Positions 33,901 to 43,900 of a DNA stretch of 64,000 nt are shown here, piece by piece. The position numbers and the translations under genes were made by a program. Numbering within the stretch: position 1 is the stretch's first letter; each line of letters opens with the position of its first letter. Below the pieces are notes generated by a model, which was given only the letters and a program-made list of their open reading frames with translations, had not been told where the DNA came from and ran no database searches. Origin of the DNA: Larus michahellis (lineage: Eukaryota); the NCBI RefSeq assembly GCF_964199755.1, contig NC_133912.1:190570-254569 (forward strand). Direction: 5' to 3'.

Positions 33901-34905
33901 GAGTGTTAGAACGCAAGGGGGTTTATCTTCTGCCAAAACCACTTGGCCCCGTTTCACGCAACAGTGGGCCACCTGCTTCTTCGGGTGGCCAAGCTGCCCA
34001 GACTGGCCGAGAGCCTCCACCATCTCCATGCCATGGCCAGAGGCACTGCTGAAGGCTGAGGACCCCCAGGGCATTGCTGGCTCTTGCAAATGGGACATGC
34101 CGGGAGATCCTGGCTGCACCCCTGGGGTGGCTGTCCCGGTGCCAGGGGACTCTGGCTTCTCTCCTGGGCTGGTGGTCTTGATGCCTGGGAATGCTGGCTG
34201 CATGCCCGGAGTGGTGATTTGGGTGCTGGAGGGTTCTGCCTGCATCACTGGGGTAGTGCTCTGACCAACAGGGGACCCTGGCTGCTTTCCTGGGCTGGTG
34301 GTCTTGATGCGAGGGAATGCTGGCTGCGTGCCCGGGGTGGTGATTTGGGTGCTGGAGGGTCCTGGCTGCATCCCTGGGGTGGTGCTCGGAGTGCCAGGGG
34401 ACCCTGGCTGCTTTCCTGGGCTGGTGGTCTTGATGCCAGGGAATGCTGGCTGCATGCCCGGGGTGGTGATTTGGGTGCCGGGGTATCCTGGCTCCATCCC
34501 CTGTGTGGTGCTCTGAGCGCCAGGGGACCCTGGCTGCATGCTGGGGGTTGTGGCGCTGGCATCAGAAATGCTCTTCCCATCTGAAGGAGCGCCTGCCGCC
34601 TTCTCAGGGCTCACTGGTGCTCTGTGTGTCCCTGCTTGCGTCTCCTCGGAGCCAGGCTGTGTCCCTGGAGCCCCCTTGCTTGTGCTGGGCTCAGGTTGTG
34701 CCCCTGGTTCCTCCGTCCCCGGCACGGAGCTTGCCCCGTGCTGGGTGTCCACGGCCGCCTGGGGGGACTCTGTGGGGGAAGAAAGGCTCCCACTGCCCTC
34801 CTGGGAAGAGGAGGCCAAGGGGAGCAGGGTTACAGGCAGCCATGCAGCGGCAAGGACAGAGCCCAGGCCCCCCCGCCATGTCCCCACTGCCTGTCTCCAA
34901 GGCAC
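33900..34905 (-). CDS. Coiled-coil gene: giant Pro/Thr/Gln/Gly-rich exon built from about 3.3 tandem 126-bp (42 aa) coding repeats (TTPGMQPAFPGIKTTSPGKQPGSPGTPSTTPGMQPGPSSTQI)
   Basis: A 341-aa stop-free minus frame covers 33880-34905. The nucleotide repeat at 34075-34530 has period 126 and stays in frame. The exact splice boundaries are not determined. Confidence 0.45.
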
Positions 34906-36167
34906 CGCCTCACGGGGCCAAACTCAAGGACACCACGAGAGCCCCAAGGCAAAGGCTGCCCCCCCTGCACAGAGCCCCGCGTCCCACGGCTACAGCCTCC
35001 TGCAACCTCCCCAGCCCCCTTAGTGCTTTGCTGGCCTCTGGGCCGGCAGCGTCTGAGCAGTCGAGCCTGGGGAGCGGCAAACCCTCCCTGACTCCCCGGG
35101 CCACGGCAGCGAGGCCTTTTGCTCTCCAGCAGGGGGATTCAGTGCTCCAGGCCTGCTGCCCAGACCCGCTTCCCAGCCCAAGGGGCTGCGCTGGTGTTTC
35201 AGGAGCAGCAGCCCCCGGCGGGATTTGGAAACCATCTCACAGTGCCAAATGCTGGGATCTGCCCCCTCCTCCTCCCGCTTCTGCTTCGCTGCCCGCCAGG
35301 CGAGCCACCCCCCAGCACCTCCCAGCCCACCATGCTGCGCACCTCCTCCGGGACTGGGCTGAGTCTCCGCATTTCCTTCAGGCTTTTCTGGGGAAGGAAG
35401 GGATCAAGGGCTCAGCCCGGCCACGTAGCTGGCAGGGACGGCACCCTCGGGGACAGGGCCCCCCAGCATCACTGCCCAGCACCCACCACCCATGGACCAT
35501 GCCCCAGCACAGGAGGGACGGTCCCCCCAGGGGAGCTGGGGACACAGCTACCTCCTGTCTCAGTGCAGGATCCAGGACCCCCCGCGGCCATACTTCACCA
35601 CGACACTTCTTGTGAGGGGGGCCTGGCAGCTGGCTGGCGGTGTCCTGGAGTTTCCCCTGGAGCAGGGAGAGGACAGGGACACCAGTCTGGCTGTGGGAGC
35701 GGATGTCAAAGGAGCATCCACACCTTGCCTTGGGCACAAGGGAGAGGGGCGCTGGGAAGGGCTGTGCCCGGGGGGTGTGGCTGTGTTGTCCGGGGCAGAG
35801 CTTTATCTCCCTCCTTCCCAGCTCCCACGTGTCGTGCCTTTTTTGATGGCTCTTTGGTTGCAAAGTGCCTGAGCATCCCTTTGGGTGATGCCCACAGTTC
35901 CTTCTAGCCCCAGCCTGAGCTGCAGGCAGCGGTGCCCGTTTCTGCCCTCCCTGGGGCTGTGCTGGCGGGCAGAGGGTGGGGAGCTCTGGGTGGGGGTGGC
36001 TGAGCTGCCCTGCTGCCCTCCTTGGGACATCCTTCCCACTCTGCCCTCCTGGTGCCCTTCCTGCTGGGGGACAGGGAGGGCTGATGGCCGCGGGGCAGGG
36101 GCTGGGGTGGTGATGGGGAGAGGGGCAGGGAGGGGGCGAGGGCCCAGCTCCCTCTCGGGGCACTGGC

Positions 36168-36272
36168 GGCAGCTCACCAAGCCGAGTGCCTCCTGCATCG
36201 CCCACAGCTCCTCTTCCAGGTGGGACTGCGCCTCCTTCATCGCGCCCATCTCCTGGAGGAACTCCTCGGAGA
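36168..36272 (-). CDS. Coiled-coil gene exon ATALSEEFLQEMGAMKEAQSHLEEELWAMQEALGL
   Basis: The acceptor is cccctttctgccag|GCCACAGCT and the donor is GGCTTG|GTGAGC. It runs phase 0 to 0 and follows exon 36564-37118 in frame. Confidence 0.65.
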
Positions 36273-36563
36273 GAGCTGTGGCCTGGCAGAAAGGGGTGGT
36301 GGGGGTGAGCCCCAGAAGAGGGTCCCTGGGGACCAGGACCATTGCCGCCGCTGTGGCCTGCCCAGAGCCGGGGGGCAGTGCCAGGCTGGCAGGGCAGCGC
36401 GGGCAGCACATCCCATCCATCACATCTTCAAGAGCTGAGATGGGGCAGCAGCTCCCCAGAGACCCCCACCCCAGCCCCGGGGGGGCAGCACAACGGCGGC
36501 GTGGACCCCGGAGGACGGGGTGTTGTGCAGGGGAGCACCCAGGGGATGGGCAAGAGCCTCTAC

Positions 36564-37118
36564 CTTGGAGATGCCGCTCTCGTTGGCTTTGATCTTGTCC
36601 TTCATCCACCCCACGTCGGTGGCCACGGAGGCCAGCTGGGGGCTGCTCGTGCTCTCCTGGAGCAAGTCCTTCCCAGGCAGCCGCTCCCCCGGTTCCTGGG
36701 GCTGCTGCCCCCTGTCCTGGGCCCTGTCCCCCTCCTTCTCCAGCACAGGGGGTGCCTCTGCAGGCTGGTCCCCCTCCCAGAGCAGGGTCAGGCTGTCCCC
36801 CTGCTTCTGGGCGGGCAGGTCCCGCAGGCCCAGGTGCCCGAGCATGGCGAGCAGCAGGCTGCGCAACGCCACGAAGTTGACTGCCCCGAGCTCGGGCGTC
36901 CCGATGGCCTCGTCCAGCAGCTGGTACAGGCTGAGCTGGGCCATGGCTGCTGCCCTGCCCAAAGCCATGGAGGCACCTGAGGGGGATGGGAACCTTTCTG
37001 CCTGAGGGGGGCCCGGGATGACTGGAAGGGATGGGCAGTTGAGGCTTTCCTCTTCCTCTTCCTCCTCTTCTTCCTCCTCCTCCTCTGCTGGCTCCTCGCA
37101 GCAGAGTGATCGCACCAG
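36564..37118 (-). CDS. Coiled-coil gene 5'-proximal coding exon: acidic E14 run plus a conserved-looking globular segment (GTPELGAVNFVALRSLLLAMLGHLGLRDLP) plus a Q/E-rich linker
   Basis: The acceptor is tgtcccttgtcacccgtccag|CTGGTG and the donor is TCCAAG|GTAGAG. There is a 185-codon open frame. The true initiator and any further upstream exons are not identified. Confidence 0.6.
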
Positions 37119-37169
37119 CTGGACGGGTGACAAGGGACAATGCAGTGTCCCCTGTTGCTAGGCGATGCC

Positions 37170-37385
37170 ACACCCCCCGCAGCCACCTACCAAGGGGGAC
37201 GCTGCATTGTCCATTGTCACCCGTCCACCGCGGAGTGGACGCCCTAATGGCGAAGGTGGAAGCAGACAAGAACAACCTGATGCTGGGACTCGATGTGGTG
37301 GGACCAGCCCCATAGGGGCGATGGGGCGAGCAGGGCCACGTAGCCACTTCTCCCTCTCCTCCCAACACAAGAATGTTTCTTCATC
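37170..37385 (+). repeat. Inverted partial duplicate of the exon-31029-31103 region (exon plus distal intron, with an internal deletion of about 185 bp), abutting a short palindrome at the exon-A acceptor
   Basis: 37241-37300 is ggcgaaggtggaagcagacaagaacaacctgatgctgggactcgatgtggt. The reverse complement of 31029-31085 is gtgaagggcaaagcggacaagaatgacctgatgctggcactcgatgtggt. 37300-37385 matches the reverse complement of 30781-30860. 37201-37228 (ctgcattgtccattgtcacccgtcca) mirrors the minus strand at 37150-37120. Confidence 0.6.
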
Positions 37386-37730
37386 TCTGTGCCACGCTGA
37401 CAGCTGCTCTTTGGGACCTAGCCATTCTGCACACCAGGAATGCTCCCTTCTTCCTAATTTGTCCCTTTTTCCAGTAAGTTCATGAGGAAATAATTTCATG
37501 TGTCCTGGGGAGAATTAACCCTGTCCCCGCCAGAACCAGGACATTATCCACGCCTTGTTCCGTACCATCTATGCCATGCCCAGATCTTACAGATTCCAAT
37601 GAATTGCCACCACTTTCCCCTGTCATGTATATATCTACATATATATTCATGCAGATATAATGCCCTTAGTTTATGGGCCATCCCTCCAAAGTGTTCGTTG
37701 AGTTCATTTCATCCATGGCTCTGGGCTCCA

Positions 37731-38159
37731 TTAGAACAGTCTCTTGGGCTGTTTGATTGCAGCGCATGTCTCACATTCATGGATGACCTGTGCAATAGTG
37801 TCCATGGTCAAGGCCACCCCTCGGTCACGAGCCCATCTATATGTCGCATCTCTTCCTTCATGGCCTGAGGTGTCATGGGCCCACCGAGCTATGAAGAGTT
37901 CACCCCTATGTTGCCAGTCCAGATCCAGCTGAGCCACTTCAATCCTAGCAGCCCGATCCACCTGCTGCTTGTTCTGATGTTCCTCCGTGGCCCGATTGTT
38001 TGGTACATGGGCATCTACGTGGCGTACTTTCACAACCAGATTCTCTATCCAGGCGGCAATATCTTGCCATAGGTCAGCAGCCCAGATGGGTTTGCCTCTG
38101 TGCTGCCAGTTGCCCTGCTTCTGCTGCTGTAGCCACCCCCACAGAGCATTTGCCACCAT
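37731..38159 (-). mobile_element. Solitary ERV pol fragment (RNase H C-terminus into the integrase HHCC finger), a different family from the 21959-27068 provirus
   Basis: ...RATEEHQNKQQVDRAARI...WAHDTSGHEGRDATYRWARDRG...IAQVIHECETCAAIKQP. It is truncated by the CR1 insertion at 38175. Confidence 0.6.
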
Positions 38160-38174
38160 CCATGAGTCAGCCTG

Positions 38175-39089
38175 GTGGCAGAGCTGCGAGAGGAAGTCGA
38201 CAGGTTAAGGAGCATTAGGGAGGCTGAAGAAGACACAGACTGGTGGAGCCAGGCTCTGCCCTCCTTGAAACAGGAGCAGGAGCACCTATCAGATAGTAAC
38301 CGGGATCCAGGGGCCCCTGTATCCTGCCCCTGCCAGGCAGAAGGTAGAAGCCTAAATGCAAAGAGTGAATGGAGACAAATTCATGGTCGGGGCAGCAGGC
38401 GAACTCCCTCCTTGCCCACCTTGTCCCCCACCCCGGTACCTCTGAACAACAGATATGAGGTTCTGGTTGAGGAAGGCCAGTCAAATGAGGATGTGGATGA
38501 TGGGCAAACCACACCAGAGATGTCTCCACAGTCAGAATGGTGTACCGCCCTTATCTCAACCACAACCACAAGGAAGAAAAGAAGGGTTATAGTCGTTGGT
38601 GACTCCTTCCTGAGGAGAACAGAGGGTCCAATATGCCGGGTAGACCCTCCTCATAGAGAAGTCTGCTGTCTTCCTGGAGCCCGGGTGAAGGACATCACCA
38701 GGAAACTTCCTCGCTTGATACAGTCCTCAGGCTATTCCCCATTACTGATCTTCCTTGTAGGTGGAGAGGAAGCTGCAACTCATAGACCAAGAGCAATCAA
38801 AGGGGACTTCAGGGCCTTGGGAAGGTTGGTGAGGGAATCTGGGACACCGGTTATTTTTTCCTCACTCCTTCCAGTTGCAGGCAGTGACATTGGAAGAAAC
38901 AGACGGATCCAGTCTATTAATACATGGCTCTGTGGCTGGTGTCACCGCCACAATTTCTTTTTTGTTGACAATGGGATGGCCTACACGGCACTGGGCTTTC
39001 TGGCATCACCTGGGAGACACCTTTCTCAAAGGGGGAAGAGGGTCTTTGCTCAAGAGATTGTCGGTCTGATCAACAGGGCTTTAAACTAG
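38175..39089 (+). CDS. CR1 ORF1 (coiled-coil plus GDSL/SGNH esterase-like domain)
   Basis: It is a 304-aa intact frame. VIVVGDSFLRR and the downstream GGEE/DNG blocks are characteristic of CR1-clade ORF1 esterase. Confidence 0.7.
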   Translation: MAELREEVDRLRSIREAEEDTDWWSQALPSLKQEQEHLSDSNRDPGAPVSCPCQAEGRSLNAKSEWRQIHGRGSRRTPSLPTLSPTPVPLNNRYEVLVEEGQSNEDVDDGQTTPEMSPQSEWCTALISTTTTRKKRRVIVVGDSFLRRTEGPICRVDPPHREVCCLPGARVKDITRKLPRLIQSSGYSPLLIFLVGGEEAATHRPRAIKGDFRALGRLVRESGTPVIFSSLLPVAGSDIGRNRRIQSINTWLCGWCHRHNFFFVDNGMAYTALGFLASPGRHLSQRGKRVFAQEIVGLINRALN

Positions 39090-39486
39090 ATGTGAAGGGG
39101 GAGGGGGATGGTAATATCAGGCTTGTCTGTGACAAGCTGTGGGATAACACGTCAGGGTTAGAGGGACAGGGCGGTAGGAAGGGCCTTTGACCTGTTGCCC
39201 GGAGGCATGCTGGGGACACTGCATCATAGTCAAAGTCTTACAGAGACGAGCCAGGGGCTTCTGAGTTTGTTGGAGTCAACAGGGAAACAGCCGTGAAACA
39301 GCTCAAGGTGATCTCCTCTAAGAAGGTAACACAGGCAACAGCCCAGCTGAAGTGCCTCTTCACAAACGCACACAACATGGGTAACAAACAGGAGGAGCTG
39401 GAAACTACCATGCCGCTGGAAAGCTATGACCATTAGGTCATTAGGCCGTTATTGAAACCTAGTGGGACAAATCCTATGACTGGAGT

Positions 39487-42117
39487 GTGGCTATCAATGG
39501 CTACAAGCTGTTTGGAAGGGACAGGGGAGGAAGGAGGGGCAGAGGTGTTGCCCTCTCTCTTACAGAATGGATAGAGTGTGAAGAGATGTCCCTAAAGAAC
39601 AGCCAAGAGGAAGTCAAAAGCTTATGGGTAGGAATTAGAGACCGAGGCAACAAGGGGAACCTGGTGGTTGGTGTCTACTACAGGCTGCCTGATCAAGGGG
39701 AACTTGCTGATGAAGCCTTCTTCCTCCAGCTACAGGAGGCATTGCGCTCGAAGGCTCTCGTCCTACTGGGGGATTTCAGCCACCCCGGCATCTGCTGGAA
39801 AAGGAACATGGTGAGCTGTAGACAATCCAGGAGGTTCCTGGAGTGCCTCGACGATAACTTCCTAAGACAGGCAATAGACAGCTCTGCCCGAGGGGATGCC
39901 ATACCGGACCTGACAGTCACCAATGCGAGTGAGCTCATTGGGGATGTCAAGATTGGAGGCAGGCTGGTGAGCAGTGACCACGCACTGGTGGAGTTCACAG
40001 TCCTAAGGGATACGTGTCAGACAAGGAGCGTAGTCAGGACCTTGAATTTTAGGAAAGCAAACCTCCGGATCGTCATGGAGTTAGTCAATAGGACCCCCTG
40101 GGAAACGGTTCTCACGGACAAGGGGGCAGAAGAGAGCTGGCAGATCTTCAAGGACACTTTCCATAGAGCACAAGGGCTCTCGATGCCCAGGTGTAAGAAA
40201 TCAAGCAAGAAAGGGAAGAGACCAGCATGGCTGAGTTGGGACCTGCTGGTCAAATTAAAAGGCAAGAAGGAAGTGCAGATGCAGTTCAAGCAGGATCAGG
40301 TGTCCTGGGAAGAGTATAGGGATGCTGCCCGGTTACATAGGGTTGAGGTCAGGAAGGCCAAGGCGTGGCCGGAGCTGAACTTGGCAAGGGATGCTAAGAA
40401 TAACAAGAAGGGCTTCTACAGGTCAGTCAACCAGAAAAGGAAGGTTAAAGAAAGCGTGCCCTCCCTGATGACTGAGAATGGCAAACTGGTAACAAGAGAT
40501 GAGGAGAAGGCTGAGGTTCTGAACAATTTTTTTGCCTCAGTCTTCACTGCCAGCCTCTCTCCTCACACCTCCCAAGTGAAAGGACTTCAAGATGGGGAGT
40601 TGGGGTCAAAGTCCCTCCCACTGTAAGTGAAGACAAAGTTTGTGATCACCTGAGGAACGTGAACGTACACAAGTCCATGGGGCCTGATGCACCCCAGAGT
40701 CCTGAGGGAATTGGCTGATGAAGTTGCCGAGACACTGTCCATGATATTGGAAAAGTCATGGCAGTCAGGTGAAGTCCCTGGTGACTGGCAGAAGGGAAAC
40801 ATTACACCCATTTTTAAAAAGGGTAGAAAGGAGGACCCCGGAACTACCGCCCTGTCATCCTCACCTCTGTGCCTGGGCACATCACAGCACAGACACTCCT
40901 AGAATCTATGCTAAGGCACATGGAGGACAGGGAGGTGATTCGAGACAGCCAGCATGGCTTCACCAGGGGCAAGTCCTGCCTGACCAACCTGGTGGCTTTC
41001 TCCAATGGAGTGACTGCATCAGTGGACAAGGGAAGAGCAACGGATATCCTTTGTCTGGACTTCTGCAAGGCCTTTGACACTGTCCTGCATGACATCCTGG
41101 TCTCCAAGCTGATAAAACATGGGTTTGATGGACTGACAATTCAGTGGATGAAGAACTGGCTTCACGGCCGCACCCAAGGAGTGGCTGTCAATGGGTCCAT
41201 GTCCAAGTGGAGGCCAGTGACAAGTGGAGTCCCCCAAGGATCAGTACTGGGTCCGGTATTCTTTAACATCTTCGTCAGCAACATGGACAGTGGCGTAGAG
41301 TGCACCCTCAGCAAGTTTGCCAACGACACCAAGCTGTGTGGGGCGGCTGACAGGCTGGAGGGAAGGGATGCCATCCAGAGGGACCTTGACAGGCTGGAGA
41401 GGTGGCCAATACCAACCTCATGAAGTTCAACAAGACCAAGTGCAAGGTCCTCCATCTGGGTCGGGGCAATCCCAAGCACCGATAAAGGCTGGGCAGTGAC
41501 TGGCTTGAGAGCAGCCCTGAAGAAAAGGACTTGGGGGTGCTGGTAGATGAGAGGCTCAACATGAGCCGTCAGTGTGCACTAACAGCCCAGAAAGCCAATC
41601 ATCTCCTGGGCTGCATCAGGAGAAGCCTGGCCAGCAGGTCGAGGCAGGTGATTCTCCCCCTCTACTCCACTCTCGTGAGACCCCACCTGGAGCACTGCGT
41701 CCAGTTCTGGAGCCCCTACTACAAGAAAGATACGGACGTGCTGGAACGCGTCCAGCGAAGGGCCACGAGGATGATCAGAGGGCTGGAGCACCTCTCCTAT
41801 GAGGACAGAGTGAGTGAGTTGGGGTTGTTCAGTCTGGAGAAAAGAAGGCTCCGAGGAGACCTTCTAGTGGCCTACCGGTGTCTTAAGGGGGCCTACAAGA
41901 ATGCTGGTGAGGGACTTTTTAGGATGTCGGGTAACAGTAGGACTAGAGGGAATGGATGAAAGCTAGAGATGGGACTATTCAGACTGGACGTTAGGAAGTT
42001 CTTCACCCTGAGGGTGGTGAGACACTGGAACAGGTTACCCAGAGGGGTGGTGAAAGCCCCATCCCTGGAAGTTTTTAAGGCCAGGCTGGATGGGGCTCTG
42101 AGCAACCTAATCTAGTG
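39487..42117 (+). pseudogene. CR1 ORF2 (endonuclease plus reverse transcriptase), disrupted
   Basis: The reading frame changes at about 40626, 40880, 41423 and 41470 (a stop tga after ...LERWPIPTS, then taa at about 41472). Otherwise it has high similarity to the other CR1 RT copies in the window. Confidence 0.75.
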
Positions 42118-42204
42118 GGAGGTGTCCCTGCCCATGGCAGGGGGGTTGCAACTAGATGATCTTTAAGGTCCCTTCCAACCCTAGCAATTCTATCATTCTA
42201 TGAT

Positions 42205-42587
42205 TCAGCCTGGAGAAGAGAAGGCTCCAGGGAGACCTGATAGCAGCCTTCCAGTACCTGAAGGGGGCCTACAAGAAAGCAGGGGAGGGGCTGTTTGCAA
42301 GGGCGTGTAGCCATAGGATGAGGGGCAATGGTTTTAAACTAGAGCAGGGTGGGTTTAGATTAGACATGGGGAAGAAGTTCTTTTCCATGAGGGTGATGAG
42401 ACACTGGCCCAGGTTTCCCAGAGAGGGGGTGGAGGCCCCATCCCCAGAGACATTCAAGGCCAGGCTTGATGAGGCTCTGAGCAACCTGATCTAGTTGAAG
42501 ATGTCCCTGCTTGCTGCAGGGGGGTGGGACTAGATGGCCTTTAGAGGTCCCTTCCAACCCAACACATTCTATGATTCTATGATTCTA
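42205..42587 (+). mobile_element. Second, 5'-truncated CR1 copy inserted head-to-tail after the first
   Basis: [67 protein letters not shown]...FKARLDEALSNLI. The terminus is ...ggtcccttccaacccaacacattctatgattctatgattctaaac. Confidence 0.75.
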
Positions 42588-43379
42588 AACAGACATAAAA
42601 GTGAACCGATATAGCTAAGATGTATCTCTTTTTGCAAAAAGTAGTGAATTATTGGTACCAAATGATCTTTGAAACCTCAAAAGCAGGTGTTTCTATACAT
42701 TTCCACAACTCTCTAGAAAAACTTCTTTAGCTGCCATTGCAGACTTGTAAAGTTAGAAGTGAATCTCACCCTGGGAGTCTAGAGTAAAACTGAAGGTCAG
42801 TTGAAAATATTGTATTAAACCAAAGTCGGCGGCACTCAATACAGCAAGGGAAAATGTAACGACCTCAGATTCAAATTCACAGTCTCTATGAGAGCTAACA
42901 CCACGTGAAGATTTAGTCTTACAGATATCTGGAAAAATACACAAAAATAAAAGAGCCTTAAAAAAGCAACAGGAAAGACCTGATGAGAATTAGCAGAGAC
43001 GCACATTAGTAGTCTCTACGGTTTAGCTAACCAGCGGGGAAATCAGAGGAAATGGGAGCAGAGAAAAAAATTCAAGCTAAGCCAACTAGAAGGTTTTTAG
43101 GAATTCTTAAGACATTGAGAAGCCTAAACAAAAGTGCCGCATTCAGTTGGAGAAATTGACAGGAAGGGAAGTAAGAGAAAAGCAGAGGTTTCCGTAGCCC
43201 CAGACAGAATTGCCACATCCCACAGAAGGGTCTGCGTGACTGTAAAAGTAAGGCTGCTGGAAGAGGGGGTTCATATTGCAGGGAGGACGCTGCATTAGGA
43301 GGAGCGTGGGTCACCCACACCAGGGGAGCTGTCATCTCACTCTGCTTAAACCTGGAGTGGCTGCCTCGGGACTCGTGTG

Positions 43380-43900
43380 CCCCTCACTGGGGCTTCCTGT
43401 TGTAGACAAGGGGAGAGGAATGGAGAGTGCCCAGAGAAGCTCTGCCAATATGGGATTCATGGCCTCAAGCACACGCCCCGTGAGGGGAGGCTGAGGGTCC
43501 TGGTCTCCTACAGCCTGGTGAAGTGGGGGCTCAGAGCGTCACAGTCATGACCTGTAGCTGCTTGAAGGGTGGTTTCAGAGATGGTGGAGCTTTTCTTCAT
43601 GGTGGAAAAAAAGCAGGAGAAAGGAAGAATGCCCCAAAGTGTGGCTTGGGATGTTGGGACCAGAAATGGAGAGAGGGAAATGTCACCCTGAGGGCAGTGC
43701 TTGGGTACAAGAGGACACCCAGGGGGAGGCTGGACCAGCCCATGGCTTTGTCTTTCCCAGAACAGCCAGGGAGGATGGAGAGATATCAGTAAGGGTAGTG
43801 AGCTATTGGGGGGAAAATTAAAAGACAATTGGGTGCCTTCAAAGAAAGAGGTGCAGGTATGGGACACTGAAGGATTAACACCTTCAGGTTTGCTCAGCAT
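43380..43900 (+). mobile_element. Old diverged CR1 (paralogous to 12040-12600, part of the duplicated OR-flank unit)
   Basis: ggagaggaatggagagtgcccagagaagc...gaggggaggctgagggtcctgg... ; gtggtttcagagatggtggagcttttcttcatgg parallels 12195-12240. Confidence 0.35.

Larger units (their letters stand above)
38175..42204 (+). mobile_element. Near-full-length CR1 LINE (about 4.0 kb): ORF1 with GDSL-esterase domain, ORF2 with AP endonuclease plus RT, and 3' UTR, inactivated by a few frameshifts and stops
   Basis: ORF1 38175-39089 reads (...RVIVVGDSFLRRTEG...GGEEA...DNGMAYT). The ORF1-ORF2 junction is AQLKCLFTNAHNMGNKQEELE at about 39330-39400. The ORF2 EN domain 39487-40626 reads (...LLGDFSHPGICW...SSDHALVEF). 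The RT pieces are 40687-40902, 40869-41423 and 41531-41959 ([22 protein letters not shown]). The terminus at 42150-42204 is ...ggtcccttccaaccctagcaattctatcattctatgattc. Confidence 0.85.

Noticed and set aside
35378-37368. Very long minus-strand ORFs (343 aa and 521 aa) spanning the 5' part of the coiled-coil gene
   Set aside because: Only short segments coincide with splice-bounded exons (36168-36272 and 36564-37118). The remainder is GC-rich intron read-through with Pro/Gly/Arg-biased composition.
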